Of a DNA stretch of 64,000 nucleotides, positions 23,946-36,849 are shown piece after piece. Each line of letters begins with the position of its first letter. The first letter of the stretch is position 1. Source of the DNA: Isurus oxyrinchus. Lineage: Eukaryota. Made by a program: the position numbers and the translations under genes. Below the pieces are notes generated by a model. That model did not search any database and was not told where the DNA came from. It saw nothing but the letters and a program-made list of their open reading frames with translations. The stretch is from NCBI GenBank assembly GCA_026770705.1, contig JANJGN010000089.1, positions 1,240,001-1,304,000 of the forward strand, given 5' to 3'.

Positions 23946-24794
23946 CGCCTGCATGACCAGGGAACATCAGTGCAGTGAAGCAAAGTAAATAGGTCAGCAC
24001 AATGCCTTTTCATTAGAACCGTACAAAGCTCTGAATGGGCTTTCTTGCTTTCAAGGGGATGGTATCACAACTTCTCATAATAAAAAAAAAACAAATGAAA
24101 TCGTTTACACACTGGCGAAATGATCAACCTCTGTGCTATTGCCTCTCCAACTGGAATTGCTGCAACTTAATGTTTCGCCAAAAAATGCAATTTTCAAAGC
24201 TTTGAAAGCCCAATGCAGCTGAAAATAACGAATTTGCTCAGACAAAACGCTACAACCGATAAACAATGATGTTTGCACCATGAAGTTGGATAAAATTCAA
24301 AATCTTGCTTTATAAAGACTGGTTAAAAATTCGCATCCTGCTTTAGTTGCTGAAGACGCCTGTCTACTAAATAGGTGACTCTAATTTAAAGTTTCGATCA
24401 TGCATCTATCCATAAACTCAACACCTGTCTTTTAATTATCTAAGGAGCTCTAAAAGTGACATTGAAAATCATATGCTCACATAACGAAGCCGGATAGGAT
24501 GAATGTTGCCTTCGGTGTTTCATACATAAGGATAATTTTCAATAATGGCTGGCAATAACTGTGAGACATGATTAAAATAAATTTTGTTACTGCCTTTAGG
24601 CAAGAAAGAGTGGGGAGGGTTCATTCTGTGCCTTGTAATGCTCTGAAAAAAGTCATTGGCCTAAACTTCGACTTTGCTTGTCTCCACTGATGTTCCGGAT
24701 TGAGGAGAGAATTATTTCCCTTTATATGAAGGCAGAATGTGACCGAGTGTAGCATCAATACGCTCTAACAAAATTGGAGTCGATGGGGACTGAC

Positions 24795-24870
24795 GGGGGG
24801 GGGGGGGGGGGGGGGTGGGGGCGCGGGGGGCGGTTGGGGGCGGTGGGGATGGGTTGGGGGGGTGGGAGGG
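24795..24870. repeat. Poly-G / G-rich tract (G-quadruplex potential)
   Basis: G20 run plus multiple G4-G7 runs. Confidence 0.8.
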
Positions 24871-25359
24871 CTACTCTGTTCTGGTTGTAGTGTCATTACT
24901 ATTTGAGGAAGATATTATGCTTTTTGTCATCCTCACAATTTAGAGCTTAACTCCGAATGAGCTTTCTTTCTTTAAAAAGGTTTAGTATAGCACTTTTCCA
25001 GAACAAAAAAAAAACATCTGAAATTGTTTCCTCATCTGCATAATGTGGGCTTGGAGCTTTCCTCTCCATTTTCTTCAACTTAACATCTCGCTGACTTAAA
25101 CACAATCTTCAAAGCGTTGAAAGTTCAGTGCAGATATTTGGGAAACAAAAGTTGTCACATTACATGCCACGAGTGAGCAGCAAGTAGTTGGTGCAGGTTA
25201 GAAGATTTGTGAAATGAAGTCAAGGGGAGGCTGCTGGTCTGCCTGTGAGGGAAATGTGCTGCAGAGGTTCAACTACCAAGCAAGGGATTCTAAGCAATAA
25301 ATGGTTGTAGTGCCTCATGTCAGAGAGCGAAGGCAGCTATGGGAATCATGGACAATCCA

Positions 25360-25430
25360 GCTATATATCTCAATTGGTAAAGCATCAGACAATTAATTTG
25401 GGGGGCTGTGGTTTGGGTGCCGGTCTAGCA
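25360..25430 (+). tRNA. tRNA-Lys(TTT)-derived pseudogene
   Basis: ATATCTCAATTGGTAAAGCATCAGACAATTAATTTGGGGG aligns with ATAGCTCAGTCGGTAGAGCATCAGACTTTTAATCTGAGGG; TTTT follows; flanks are paralogous to the 55050 copy. Confidence 0.75.
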
Positions 25431-26369
25431 ATTGCCTTTTGACTTATGGTGTTTCCCCCCCTGTGACGCAACAGGGAACAAACAAATAAGGGATGCTGAA
25501 TTCCTCAAGGGAGCAGAGGAGAGAGGTATGTCCCTTTCTTTTGCAAAAAAAGAAGACTGTTGTCTTCCAGTAATTATTGCAGATTCGATCATCTTTTAAG
25601 ACTTATTTATAGAGTGTCAACCACCCTAAAGATAAAATGCGCTTCCTGATTTTTCTCTTGGATGGCCTAGACACCATCGTTGTGAATCAGTGGCCACAAT
25701 ATGACATGATTCAACCCGATTATTACTGCTGAGTAAAGCAGTGTATCTCTATTTAACCTAAAGTCTGGCTGAAACTGAAGCGAAACCTCAATTAGATCAA
25801 CCCTTCATTCATCTTTTCTCAGAGTAATCGAAACAGGGAGACGATCGTAAAAGGAAAAAATAAATGAAAATGTGCAGGAGAAGGCAGGGATTTGACAATA
25901 CGTAAATTTCTCCTTCAGAGAGGCAGCACAGACCGGATACAACAAATGGCGTCATTTTGTGTTGTATACATTGCATGATTGTACCTTTCTAGGATTATCA
26001 AGACTGAACTTCGAATATAACACACAGATCTCCGAAATCGCCCTACTTAAATCAGCACAGTTTCCTCTCCAAGGCCAATACAATCCTAGCATTTCGTTTG
26101 AATATTGTCCATAAGGACATGAGAAATGGACATGAGAAATAGGAGCATAGATTTCAAGCCTTTTCAAAAAAATCACGATCTTTCTAGCTGATATTCTGTC
26201 TCGATTGCACTCAGTTGAAAATGCACAATTCCCACTGTTGTACAGCGCCATCACAGATGAAGAATTATTAATCAATTTCAAGCTACATAAGAACTGAAGA
26301 CTGATGTCTGCTGCAAAGTAATGAGATACAATTCTAAACTCTGCATTAGAAAACTCATCAGTAGGTTAT

Positions 26370-27100
26370 ATGCTGCTCTGTTAGTTATGTATGCAGGCAC
26401 AACAGGTAATGAGGAAGGTAAATTGAACTTTTGGCATTTGTTGCTTAAGAAAAAGGGTATAAGGACAGGGAAGTGTTGTTGCAACTGTACAAGGCATTGA
26501 TGAGACAGTACCTGGAGAACTGTGCACAGTTTTGGCCCCCTTACTTGAGGAAGGATGTACTTTCACTGGACGTGATTCAGGGGAGGTTCACTGGATTGAT
26601 GTCCGAGATCCAGGGCTTGTCTTATTAGGAGCGATTCAGCAGTTTAGGCCAAAACACGCTACAATTTAGAAGGATGAGAGGATATCTAATTGATATATAT
26701 TAGATGTTAAAGGGGATAGTCAAATTGGGCGTGGAGTGGCTTTCCCCTTCATCGGCTTTCTAGAATGATAGGCCATAGTTTTAGGCAAATGGATGGTAGA
26801 TGTAAATCAGAGAGCAGGAGAAATAACTTTTTCTCAAATGTTCGTGAATCTGTGCAACTCAACACCTCAGATTGCAGTGGATGCTGGGACGCTGACAGAA
26901 TTTAAGGAGGAGATAGACAGATTTTTAATTAGTAATGGCTGGAATGTTAATGGGGAGATTGCGGTAAATTGGAGTTGTGGCCAATTTGAGGTCAACCATG
27001 ATCGTAATGAATGGTGGGGTAGTTTCAAAGGGCTGAATTGCCTACTCCTATTTCTAGTTCTAATGTTCTTATCTTATGTTCTTATGCTGTTATGTTCTTA
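26370..27100 (+). mobile_element. CR1 LINE 3' end with (TTATGTTC)n-like tail
   Basis: cctggagaactgtgcacagttttggcccc (LExCxQFWxP); octamer-repeat tail at 27060-27100. Confidence 0.85.
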
Positions 27101-28134
27101 GTAACGTCCAATTGCAGGCGTTAACGTTCCAGCATTTTCTGGGTTTTTAAATATACTTTTCTCGATTTATTACTCAAATAACTAATATGCTTTTAGAAGT
27201 AGAGTATGAACTTTGTGTACATGGAGACAAATGCCTCTCTGGCCATCCACACTGCACCAAAATCTCACATTTGCACCGGCAAAATATATGAGGAGGGAAG
27301 CAGAGAGATTTCCTTTAGAGATGGTAGGATCTGGAATGCTCTATCTGTAAAGGTGCTAGAAAATAATTTCATGAATAATTTTAACAGAAAATTCGAAGGT
27401 TTTGAAGACATTGCATGTAAGCCCTCGCAAAGTTGATAATTTCTTTACACTCATCCTTCGATTGAAATTTGTCTCCTTTTAGCGTGTTATTATTATGGGT
27501 GTGACTTACTTTCTGAACTCCTTTCTGAGCGGATCTTTGTTTCTCTGATTGTCTTTCTCTTTGCCACTTTCAACTAACGAAGAGATGGAACTGCGATACA
27601 TATCTCTGCCCACCACTCTCTACCTGACACTTTGTGATTGCCTCTCTATTTCTCTGTTTCCATCTCCTTGATGTTTCCGTCTAATAAAAAAATCTTCAAA
27701 TTGGGTTGAAAATGTGACCAGGGGCCATTCTCAACTCCCGTGATATCCACACTAATCAATAATCTATGCATCTCAGCTTTGAATACAATGAGCACCCACA
27801 ACCCTCTGGAGTAGAGAACTTCAAAGATACACAAACATTTGAATGAAAACATTTATCTTCATCACTCATTATACTTAGCTCCAGAGAGTATAGGCTCATT
27901 TTTCATAATCTCCACTTTGAATCCAGGAATGTTCTAGGGATCAAGCTATAATTTCAACATGTCCAGTTCGAACTTCAGAAAATGCTGCAGTTATTCAGCA
28001 GGTCAGGCAGCACCCTCTGGTTACTGATGTGAAAGATTAATATTGTTTATCTACAATGGTGCTGTAGAGTCTGCAAATTATTACAGGAAATATCTATTTT
28101 TGCTTCATATTTCCAATATCAGCGGTAGACATCA

Positions 28135-29400
28135 ACATACTAAATTGGAGAAGAAGTAGACGAAGTTGTCCCAAGAACCTGGTCATCCTTTCACCAAGAT
28201 CATGGTTGACTTTTTTTGTATTTCGAGTTCCACATTACCATCTACTCCGATAACCCTGCTGAATCCCTTGCAAGAATTTATCTACCTGAATCTTTAAAAT
28301 ATTAAGTTACAACTCCTCCACTGCTTTCTGAGGCAGAGAGCCCTGGCGTCACATAACCCTCTGAGAGAGAAAGAAAAATGACCTCACCTCTCTCCTACAA
28401 AGAAAACATTAATTTTGAAACACTGCCTCCTCGCCCTGGACTCACCGACAAGGAGAAACATCCTTTCAACGTCCACTTTGTCAAGGCCATTAAGGGACCT
28501 ATGTACTTGAAGAAGTCACTTCTCATGCTTCTGAAACCCTGTGGAATCAAATCCAACCTCCCCAACCTTTCCTAATAAGACAAGCCGATCATTGCAGTTA
28601 TTAGTGTAGAAAACACCCTTTGAGCTACACTCAAATAATTACATCCTTCCTCAGATAAAGAGATGAAAACTGGTGTCATGAATACTCTGTATATCTGAAG
28701 CATAATATCCTTACATGTGTATTCAATTACTCTAGTAATAAAGGATGGCAACCCTACTACATTAGTTGCTGTACTGGCATACTAACTTTTCGAGGCTCAA
28801 GATCAAGATCATCCAGATCCCGCTGCATCTTGGAATTCTGCATTCGTTCACTGTAAAAGTAATAATTTCATTTTTTTAATTCTACTTGTTAAAGTGAACA
28901 ACTTCACGTTCCCCAACGTTATAATCCGTCTAAAAGATTTTTGCTCGTTCACTCAAAACATCTATTTCGATCTGCAAATTCCTCCTGCCATCTTCACAAC
29001 TTTCCTACCTATCTTTTTGACACATGTAAATTTAGCTACTATGCCTTCACTCCCTCATCAAAATATTGATCTAAATTGTAAAAAGTTGAGGCCACAGCAC
29101 ATGTCCCTGTAGGACTCCACTCATCACATACAGCTAATCAGATAAAGAGCCATTCCTGTATACTCGCTGTTTTCTGACAGCCAGCCAGTCTTCTCTCCAT
29201 GCATATCTGTTACCCCCTAGACCATGAATATTTATTTTCAGCAATAACCTTTAATGTGGCAGCTTATCAAATGCCTTAAGTAAATTCAAATACAGTGCGT
29301 CTACGGGATCCACTCTATCCACAACACACGCTCCTCCTTCATACAAAAAAGAACAAATTGGTTAAACATAAAGTTCCTTTCATGAAACCATACTGAGTTT
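28135..29400 (-). mobile_element. CR1 LINE RT to 3' fragment
   Basis: atcaaatgccttaagtaaattcaaatacagtgcgtctac is the reverse complement of a VDAxYLxxxKAFDK-like motif; CR1 tail near 28140. Confidence 0.8.
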
Positions 29401-30633
29401 CGCTTTTGTGCGAGCCTACTGAACACTCGTTATACATATCTACTGGAACTATTTCGTCCTTCAGATAGGGACTCCTAGACACGCAATTGTTTGAAGACCT
29501 TACAGCAAAGGCTTCCAGAATAATGAAAAAGTGGCCAAAGTGAACGTCCTGCAATTCCATCCCTCACAGCACTATTGTTGTACCTACACCACGTAGAATG
29601 TCGAGGTTGAACAAGGCAGCTCAACACCACTTTCTCAAGGGAAATTAAGGATTAGTAATATGTACCACTTTAGCAAGCGGCTCCCATATCCCAAGAATGA
29701 ATAAAAAATCTTCCTGACCTTGCGTACGAAATGAGCAATATGATTCCAATGTTTTTTTTTTTAAAACACAGGCGATTCTGGGTGTCAGTAATGGAGCAGC
29801 AAAGGAGGCAGTAGGACTTGATGTAGCAGAAAATTCCAGGAAGTTTTCTAAGCCCCTAATGGCAGCAATGGTTAATAACTTGAGTTTGGCCGCCTCGAAA
29901 TTGGCATTTATAAGTTATTTTTCGGAGTCCAATTGCCCTTTGATTCGTTGCACCCTGGTCCATTTTTTCTCACCATTGTGGAATCATTACTCCGGTTTGT
30001 CACCTGCAATCTCGGCTTGTTATGTGGCTCTTACATTCTTACTGACGAGCTCTGCTTCTACTGTTCACTATCCTTCATTATTGCTCTCTGTGTCCTGTTC
30101 ACACAGTTCGAGGAGGGAATGTATTGCCATTCAACCTATCGAATCCTGAAACATTTCTAATTGATAAAAACTCAAACTAAAATGATACAAGGAATACGGA
30201 ATTTTAGAATAATATAAATGGATTCTCTGCGTATAACTAGAAACAAAACTTGGCATTTTTATAGCGCTTTCAACACAGCTCTTCGAGGGTCTCCAGTTTG
30301 GCTTGCATCGGTTTCGAACAATATATAATTTATGAATAATATTGTGATATTTTCAAATGGATTGTGGATGTATCAGTATATTCGGCAGATGTGGGTGCGA
30401 CTGTGTGTTATTTCTAAATGTTTTTTTGTGTTTTGAGTATTGAAACATAAGGGAGAAATAAATGGGCAGAAAAAAAACCCTCATAAAGCCAAGACCAGGC
30501 AAATAGACATACATATAATTAGACCTATAAAAGGCAGAATCATGAAACCGATCACCCAAAGTCAATAGGATATCAAAATTAGCTCTGGTCGGTTCAATTA
30601 TATTTGCAATGGCCGCTAAATTTTGAGACGTCC

Positions 30634-30692
30634 TTCTTGGTAATCTAGTAGCTGGGAAATGGCGTTTTCACCGCCGTGGCCCGGTCAGGAAC
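30634..30692 (+). tRNA. tRNA-Glu(TTC)-derived pseudogene with a 13-nt T-arm deletion
   Basis: TTCTTGGTAATCTAGTAGCTGGGAAATGGCGTTTTCACCGCCGTGGCCCGG|TCAGGAAC versus TCCCTGGTGGTCTAGTGGCTAGGATTCGGCGCTTTCACCGCCGCGGCCCGG(GTTCGATTCCCGG)TCAGGGAA. Confidence 0.85.
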
Positions 30693-32559
30693 GTGCATTT
30701 CAGAGAACACCTAACCTGTTTGATCATGTTTGTTGGCGAATGTCAATTCCATTCACACCATGAGTAGCCACAGCACGTGGAAGCTAATGTTTATCAAGTG
30801 AGAAAGGACCGTTCCTTTGTCATGGACGTTGATAACATCCAGATGTAAACACCTATTTGTTTGGCCTCGTGTCAAATAAAGTGTTCAGGGAGACAGTGAA
30901 ATGCTGAATCCTCTGCACTCACTCAAATAAACATTCCATTGTTCAAAGGCACATGAGCTACAGGGCGAAAATATAACCATTTTTTATACTTTTGAATGAA
31001 CTTCCGAATTTCCTTCCCTGTATTTCCGCAATGAGATCACTCTCTTCCGGATGCATTTGGATAGAAAGCAGCCGCTGTCCATCATTGGGAAGCACCCTTC
31101 CATTTCTGTGAGTAGGGAATAATTTGGATTGCATGTTTCGTGTTCCATAGCAACACATGCGTTATAATGACGTTCCCAGAAGGAGATATTCACTGAAAAA
31201 ATTATCAGGTGGCAGCACTGACAGGTATACCCAGGAACTAGGATCTCTGGGCAGGCATGCACAGGGAGAGGACAGCTGGACAGGCAGACACTAGATCAGC
31301 ACAACTGAATGACCGCAGTTGGACAGAGGTACACAGGGTTAGCACAACTGAGCAGGGATACACAAACATTAGCACAGCTGGCAGAAATACTCAGAGTTCC
31401 AAGAGGGTTACCTAGCAATTTTGAATCATTGTTTTTCGGTCAACAAGATGCAGGTAAACCATGTTGCAATTTTCTAACATCTTCAGAAATGCTTTACCTT
31501 CACTGATACCAGCTTTACAATATCCACAACAAATATAGCTTCACACAGCGTGAAGGTATATTACAGTCCTCTATGTGCAGACACAGATAATGGTCATTAA
31601 TTATTTTGAACGTAATAGTTAATGTAGTTATAATATCTTCATGTAGGTGCATGATTATTTCTCGTTTTAATTGAAATGGGTATGTCCAACAGGTTGATGT
31701 GACGTGTCTAATTGTGTGTTAAGAGGTTTACCATGCTTTCTGCATTTATGTGCTACATTGCTTTGCATTTTCAGTCCACGCTGCTCACTTACAGGAATGC
31801 GAAAAGTAGAGCCAAATACATAAATCTCCTCCTGGAGGTGCACAGCTTCTCCTTCAGCAAGTTTACAGCTGTGCCTCCTCGCAGCAAAAATGGAAACTGG
31901 TCCCTCACAGCATCAGACTGCAGTTTCAGGAGAACGCAGAGCAGGTTGGAGCCATAGACATGCAACGTGCAAGTCCACCAAACTCGGAATTCCCTAATAA
32001 CTGTTTGATGTAAAGTCCACCACACTGCTGGGTGGTTACACCTCTTATAGATATTCAGATGCCCTTCAGCAGCGGGATGCCCTGGGGGTGGCTGGTTTTG
32101 TGGGTGCGGGTATGAATGAATCAAGAAAGCAACAGCGCCATCAACAAAACAGAAATCCTGATTCAACTAAAAACAAAGGCAGGAGAATTCATCACTAACT
32201 GCAATTAGCGGTTGGAGTGATGGTGGGGCATTAACTTGAGTGCAGTTTTAGGGGAAGCATTGCCACCGAGGAAGATCTAGACGCCATGACTTAACAGAGC
32301 TGGATACATTATCCAAGTGGAGGAGCTTTTCAATGGTACTCACTCACCTGATATTTTCAAAACTCCAGGTGTTGATACTATCCCACCTGAACTTAACAAG
32401 CATATATAATTTGACATTCCTGCAGCAGCTGCATGAAGTTCTGGTCTCTGCTCGTGGGAGGAGGCAGTGACAAAGGAAATGCACAATGCAAATATTGTGG
32501 CTCTGTGGAAGAGTAATGGCGAACACACTGATTGCAAAAAAACTATTGAGACATCTGCC

Positions 32560-32760
32560 TGCTGAACATAATGGGGAATTTTGTTGTTCAAGTTGCATGC
32601 GTCAGACGGAAGATCTTGGTTGAATCCAAGTGTTCATTCAGAGCCAAAGGTTCTACAATTGGCATGCCATTCTCAGTGCAGCATCTGCCTGCAAAGGAGA
32701 CCACTATGTATTGTCTTCAATCATCTCACCAAGACTTTCGACCATGTGAGCAGAGACGCA
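32560..32760 (+). mobile_element. RTE-clade LINE RT fragment
   Basis: ILVESKCSFRAKGSTIGMPFSV...PLCIVFNHLTKTFDHVSR resembles PESQCGFR...PLYIAFIDLTKAFDxVSR. Confidence 0.75.
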
Positions 32761-34329
32761 TCTTTTGTTTCTTTACTGTAATCATTACAATTCTAGTTGG
32801 CTTTCCTACCATGAAATTATGTGTTTCCTGCCCACTAACCTCACATTCTGTTTTGTTCTTCCCAGCTGCTATATTTAGTTCAGTTACACACAGAACCATC
32901 CACACCCACACATATATGCTTAAAAATAACATGAAAAAATCGTTTCATGACGAATTAAAGTTTTTTTTTAAATATGGAAGCAGGAACTGTTCACAATATC
33001 CAGATCTGCCTTGCCAAAAGTGCTGTACAGCTGCATTAAAACTTTACTGCTTTTATATTCCATTCACCCCCAACAAACGCCAACATTCAATTTCCCTTCC
33101 TAATCACTTGCTGACGTGCATACAAACTTCTTTAGTGATTCATGTACTGGGACACCCAGATTCCACTGTAAAGATAAGGTCATTTGAAGAAGCTATTTCC
33201 TCTAGCTTGGAATCTGAAACTACGGACCACAGTTTTTGTTAAAAAAAGACAGGTTTCAAGATTACAATTAGGAAACATTCCGACACACAAAGGATGCTGG
33301 AAGATCGGAGGCCCCTTCGGTTCAAGGTAATTGGTGGTTTCATTTTAAATCTGTGATCAATAGCGTTTTATTACACCAATCTCTTGGGGCACGTGGCTAA
33401 CGTGATTTTGCCCCAATTGACCTCGATATCTCTGAGTAACAGAAGAGGATCTAGGGAATAAATGGCCTTACCAAAAGCAAAGCTTGTGGAAGAGCGGATC
33501 ATCTTTTGGCTCAGCACTCGACAGCTGCCTGAACTCAGCACTGAGTTCATCAACTTTAGAGAATAATATAGGCCTCCATCTTGTTTCCTTTTTATTCTTT
33601 TGCAGGCTTGTTTTACCGTGTTTATTTCATTATTCTTTCATGTTACCTTTGGACGGCTGCTATGCAGCAACTCATAAACTCACTTACACAACTTATTTTG
33701 TTTTTTCGAAGGAAAGTGGCATTTTAGCCTGTATTGCAATTGAATTTGAGTGCAAGAATAAACAAGTCTTGATAAAATAGTACAGGGCTTTGGTGACACC
33801 ATACCTTTAAGACTGTTCACAGTTTTGATTTCCATATTTACGATACAATGCAATTTCTTTGGAGGCGTCACAGTGAATATTCATTCACTTGTCCCAGGAT
33901 GAGGGAGCTGTCCTATGAGGAGAGTCTGCGTAAAATGGAGCAGCAATCCGACTCTCCCATGAGGTGGTTACATATGGCAGTATTCTGCAACACTGAACAA
34001 AAGTTTGAAGTGCGTGTACAAAATCCCAATCTACATTTTCTTTTACATTTTGCACTCCAGAAGAAAAATGCATGGGCAATAATCAAAAGATAAACAGTCA
34101 GTTTGGAAAATTGTGCAAAAAAGGCTGCAGGTCCAGAAACATCTCCATGGGGATGACACAAGGATAAATATTCGGGTCAATGACCGGCTGTCAGAAGTTG
34201 CGTTTCTGGAAGTTTCAAAATGTTTTGAATGTTTCTTCTAAAAGTATTAAATTGTTCGCATTCATAAGGATAACTTATCTCCCCTACGTTCCTATAGGGG
34301 CAGTGCCTATAGTCAAGTTGAGGTACGAA

Positions 34330-34955
34330 GAAGCATGGCAAAGCTGGATGGCATTGGTTTTAACGCAGAGGTTTTGTGAGTAAGGCAGTTGAGTTGAGAT
34401 TATTGATTAAAACAGAGGGATAGGATTTAAATGCTATAACGGAGACATGGTTGAGGGAGTGGCAGAATTGTTAGCTAAATATTGTGGGGTATCGAATCTT
34501 CAGGCAAGACGAGAGAGGAGGGTGTGAGGGGCATAACATGAGAATATGGAGGTTGCAATATTGATAAAGGAGTGAATTAATGCATTAAGGAGGGATGATA
34601 TATTAGAATGTTCCTCAAATGAGGCGATATGGGTCGGGCTTCAAAACAAAACATTGGCAGTCACATTTCGGGGAGTGTACTGTAGACTCCCAAACAGTCG
34701 GGGAGAGATTGAAGGAAACTTATGGAGGCAAATTTCAGGCAAGTGTATAAATAATAAGGTGATAATGGTGTGGGAGTTCAACTTCCCCAGAAATTACTGG
34801 GAAACGCAAAATGGAAAATGCTCAGAGTGGGAAGAATACTTAAAATTGATCCCTGAGAGCTTTTTAGGTCCAGCACCTAGAAAAGCCTACTCGAGAGGGG
34901 GCGGTGCTGGACCTAATTTTAGGGAATGAAGCTGGGAAAGTGGTGGAATCATGGT
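34330..34955 (+). mobile_element. CR1 endonuclease fragment
   Basis: AITETWL (gctataacggagacatggttg), GVYCRLPNS, VWEFNFP (GDFNFP-like), VLDLIL-GNE. Confidence 0.8.
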
Positions 34956-35924
34956 TTTTAATAAGTCAGTGCTGATAGGAAGTTATTGTTTCAGAGAGAA
35001 TGGAAGGAGGAGTGGAGCTAATTGGATAGCCCAAACCAAAACAGAGAATGCTGGGAAAGAAGCTGAGTATGTCTGGCTGCATCTGTGGAGAGAGAAAAAC
35101 TAATATAATTTTTCGAGACTTTCTTTACGGCTGTACAGATCTTTCAAAGAGCGCAGGAACAGGGGATGGGCTAAAAGCAAAATACCACAGTTGCTGGAAA
35201 TCTGAAACAAAAAACAAGTGCTGACAGGCCTTCTTTGATGCTGCATCATTCTATGTTTGCATGATTTATTGAGGATTAGAAATCTCTGATAACCGCAAAA
35301 GCCGCACTAGCCCCCTGTTTGGGGTATGAAACTGTGACTGAACTGAACTCAATGTTTCTTCGTTATTAAATCTTCCCCACTTGGGGAACAGTCGAGCTGT
35401 GATGTCTCCAGGAACGCAATATTCCTGTTTGGATCAGCAGCTGTCAGTTTAGACAGTGTTGAAATCCAGTGTTCCGGCAGAATTAGGGGCAGCACATTTC
35501 CTGAGAGGCCGCGGCCTCAGTAACAGACGGGGGCTGGAGAATTTGGGACAGAACAAGTGTGACACCCCGTTCTGTTCACTGACTCTTCACTCCTCTCAGT
35601 GAATCCAGAACAAGGAATGACTGAAATTAATATGGCCATGAGCAGCTAATATCCTCGAGGAATGATCCCAATGGAGATTCTTAAGGGAGCATACGTTAGC
35701 TTTAAAGGGTTTCAACTTTCGCCTCCTTCTGCGGCATTTTTTTCTGATTATGATTCCAGTGAACTGTGAAAATTCCCTCACTAATGTAAAGTTCCAGGGA
35801 TACAGATACAGTAACAATCCGAATATTAAACAACAATGCCTGACACTCTATCCTTTACCCCCCAATATCTCTGACTAAATGGAATTAGACAGACAGAAAG
35901 AATGTTATCGAAAGAATACAATGT

Positions 35925-36490
35925 AAATCCACGTCCCAAACATCGCCCATATCCTACCTGGCTTCTGTTCACCTGCTGCTGAAACCCCCATTCATGCTTT
36001 TGTTCACTCTAGACTTGATTATTCCAGTGTTCCCCTGGTCAGCATCCCATCTTCGAACCTGTGCTCATCTAAAATTCTTCATCTGAACCAGGTTTGTTTC
36101 ACCAATCATTGCAGTATTTGTTGACCTACAATAGCTCCTGGCACGACAATGGCTGAATTTTGGAACCTGCATCCTTACCTTGATTACCCTCTTTGATTTC
36201 GCCCCTCCATTTCTCTGTAACGTCCTCCAGTTTAACAAATCTTCTAAATTCATGCCCTATTACCAACTTGAACGTTCCTCAATTTGAATCCATGCAGCAT
36301 TGATAGTCGTGCTTCCTGCTGACGTGGTCTAAAATTCTGGAGCCCCTCCCTGTAACTCTCCAGCTCCCTGGCTCCTGCTCATCTTTCATATAATCCTTAA
36401 AGTCTATGCTTTGATCAAACGTTTGTCACCAGACCTAATAAATCCTCCTGTGGAGCAACATCAACGTAATGCTAATTTTAATGAAAATGC
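35925..36490 (+). mobile_element. L2 LINE 3' fragment
   Basis: AAETPIHAFVHSRLDYSS, the L2 RT C-terminal motif. Confidence 0.85.
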
Positions 36491-36539
36491 ACTTTTTAGC
36501 TACCTTCAGAATTTTTGTTAGATGGGGTTTATGCAGCCT

Positions 36540-36610
36540 GTCATTTTGGTGCACTGGTCAGCATAGCCGCTTCCTAAACAGTTAATATGCATCTGATTCC
36601 AGCTTTCGTA
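36540..36610 (+). tRNA. tRNA-Gly(TCC)-derived pseudogene (heavily decayed)
   Basis: TGGTCAGCATAGCCGCTTCCTAAACAGTTAA versus TGGTGAGCATAGCTGCCTTCCAAGCAGTTGA; 3' flank shared with the 61238 and 62359 copies. Confidence 0.7.
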
Positions 36611-36849
36611 GTTTGCTGAATGTACACTCTCACATCAGCAGCTCGGTGCTGAGTTGCAGCCTTTTCGGTGCGATTTTGCCCCGAGAACGATGCAGGTCGA
36701 AATTAAATAAATTGTTCTGAATTGTTCCCTTTGCTGCTTACAATTTTAAAATTGAATACTGATTCGCGCGTAGTGATTGATTTGTTCTACAAAAAGCAAG
36801 ATGCTGCTCACTCTGGTAATCTGAAATAATAACTAAATGCAAAAGAAAA

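Larger units (their letters stand above)
35340..36840 (+). repeat. Segmental duplication unit, copy 1 (unique segment + L2 fragment + tRNA-Gly remnant)
   Basis: Collinear with the reverse complement of ~62000-63620, e.g. tctgttcactgactcttcactcctctcagtgaa versus tctgttcactgacacttcatcctcctcagtgaa. Confidence 0.85.

Noticed and set aside
29772-31190. Several exon-like frames on both strands
   Set aside because: Multiple stops, no recognisable family, and part of the region is the tRNA-Glu pseudogene
32571-33242. Longest ORF in the window (223 aa)
   Set aside because: A chimeric read-through of an RTE fragment, AT-rich spacer and an antisense CR1 fragment
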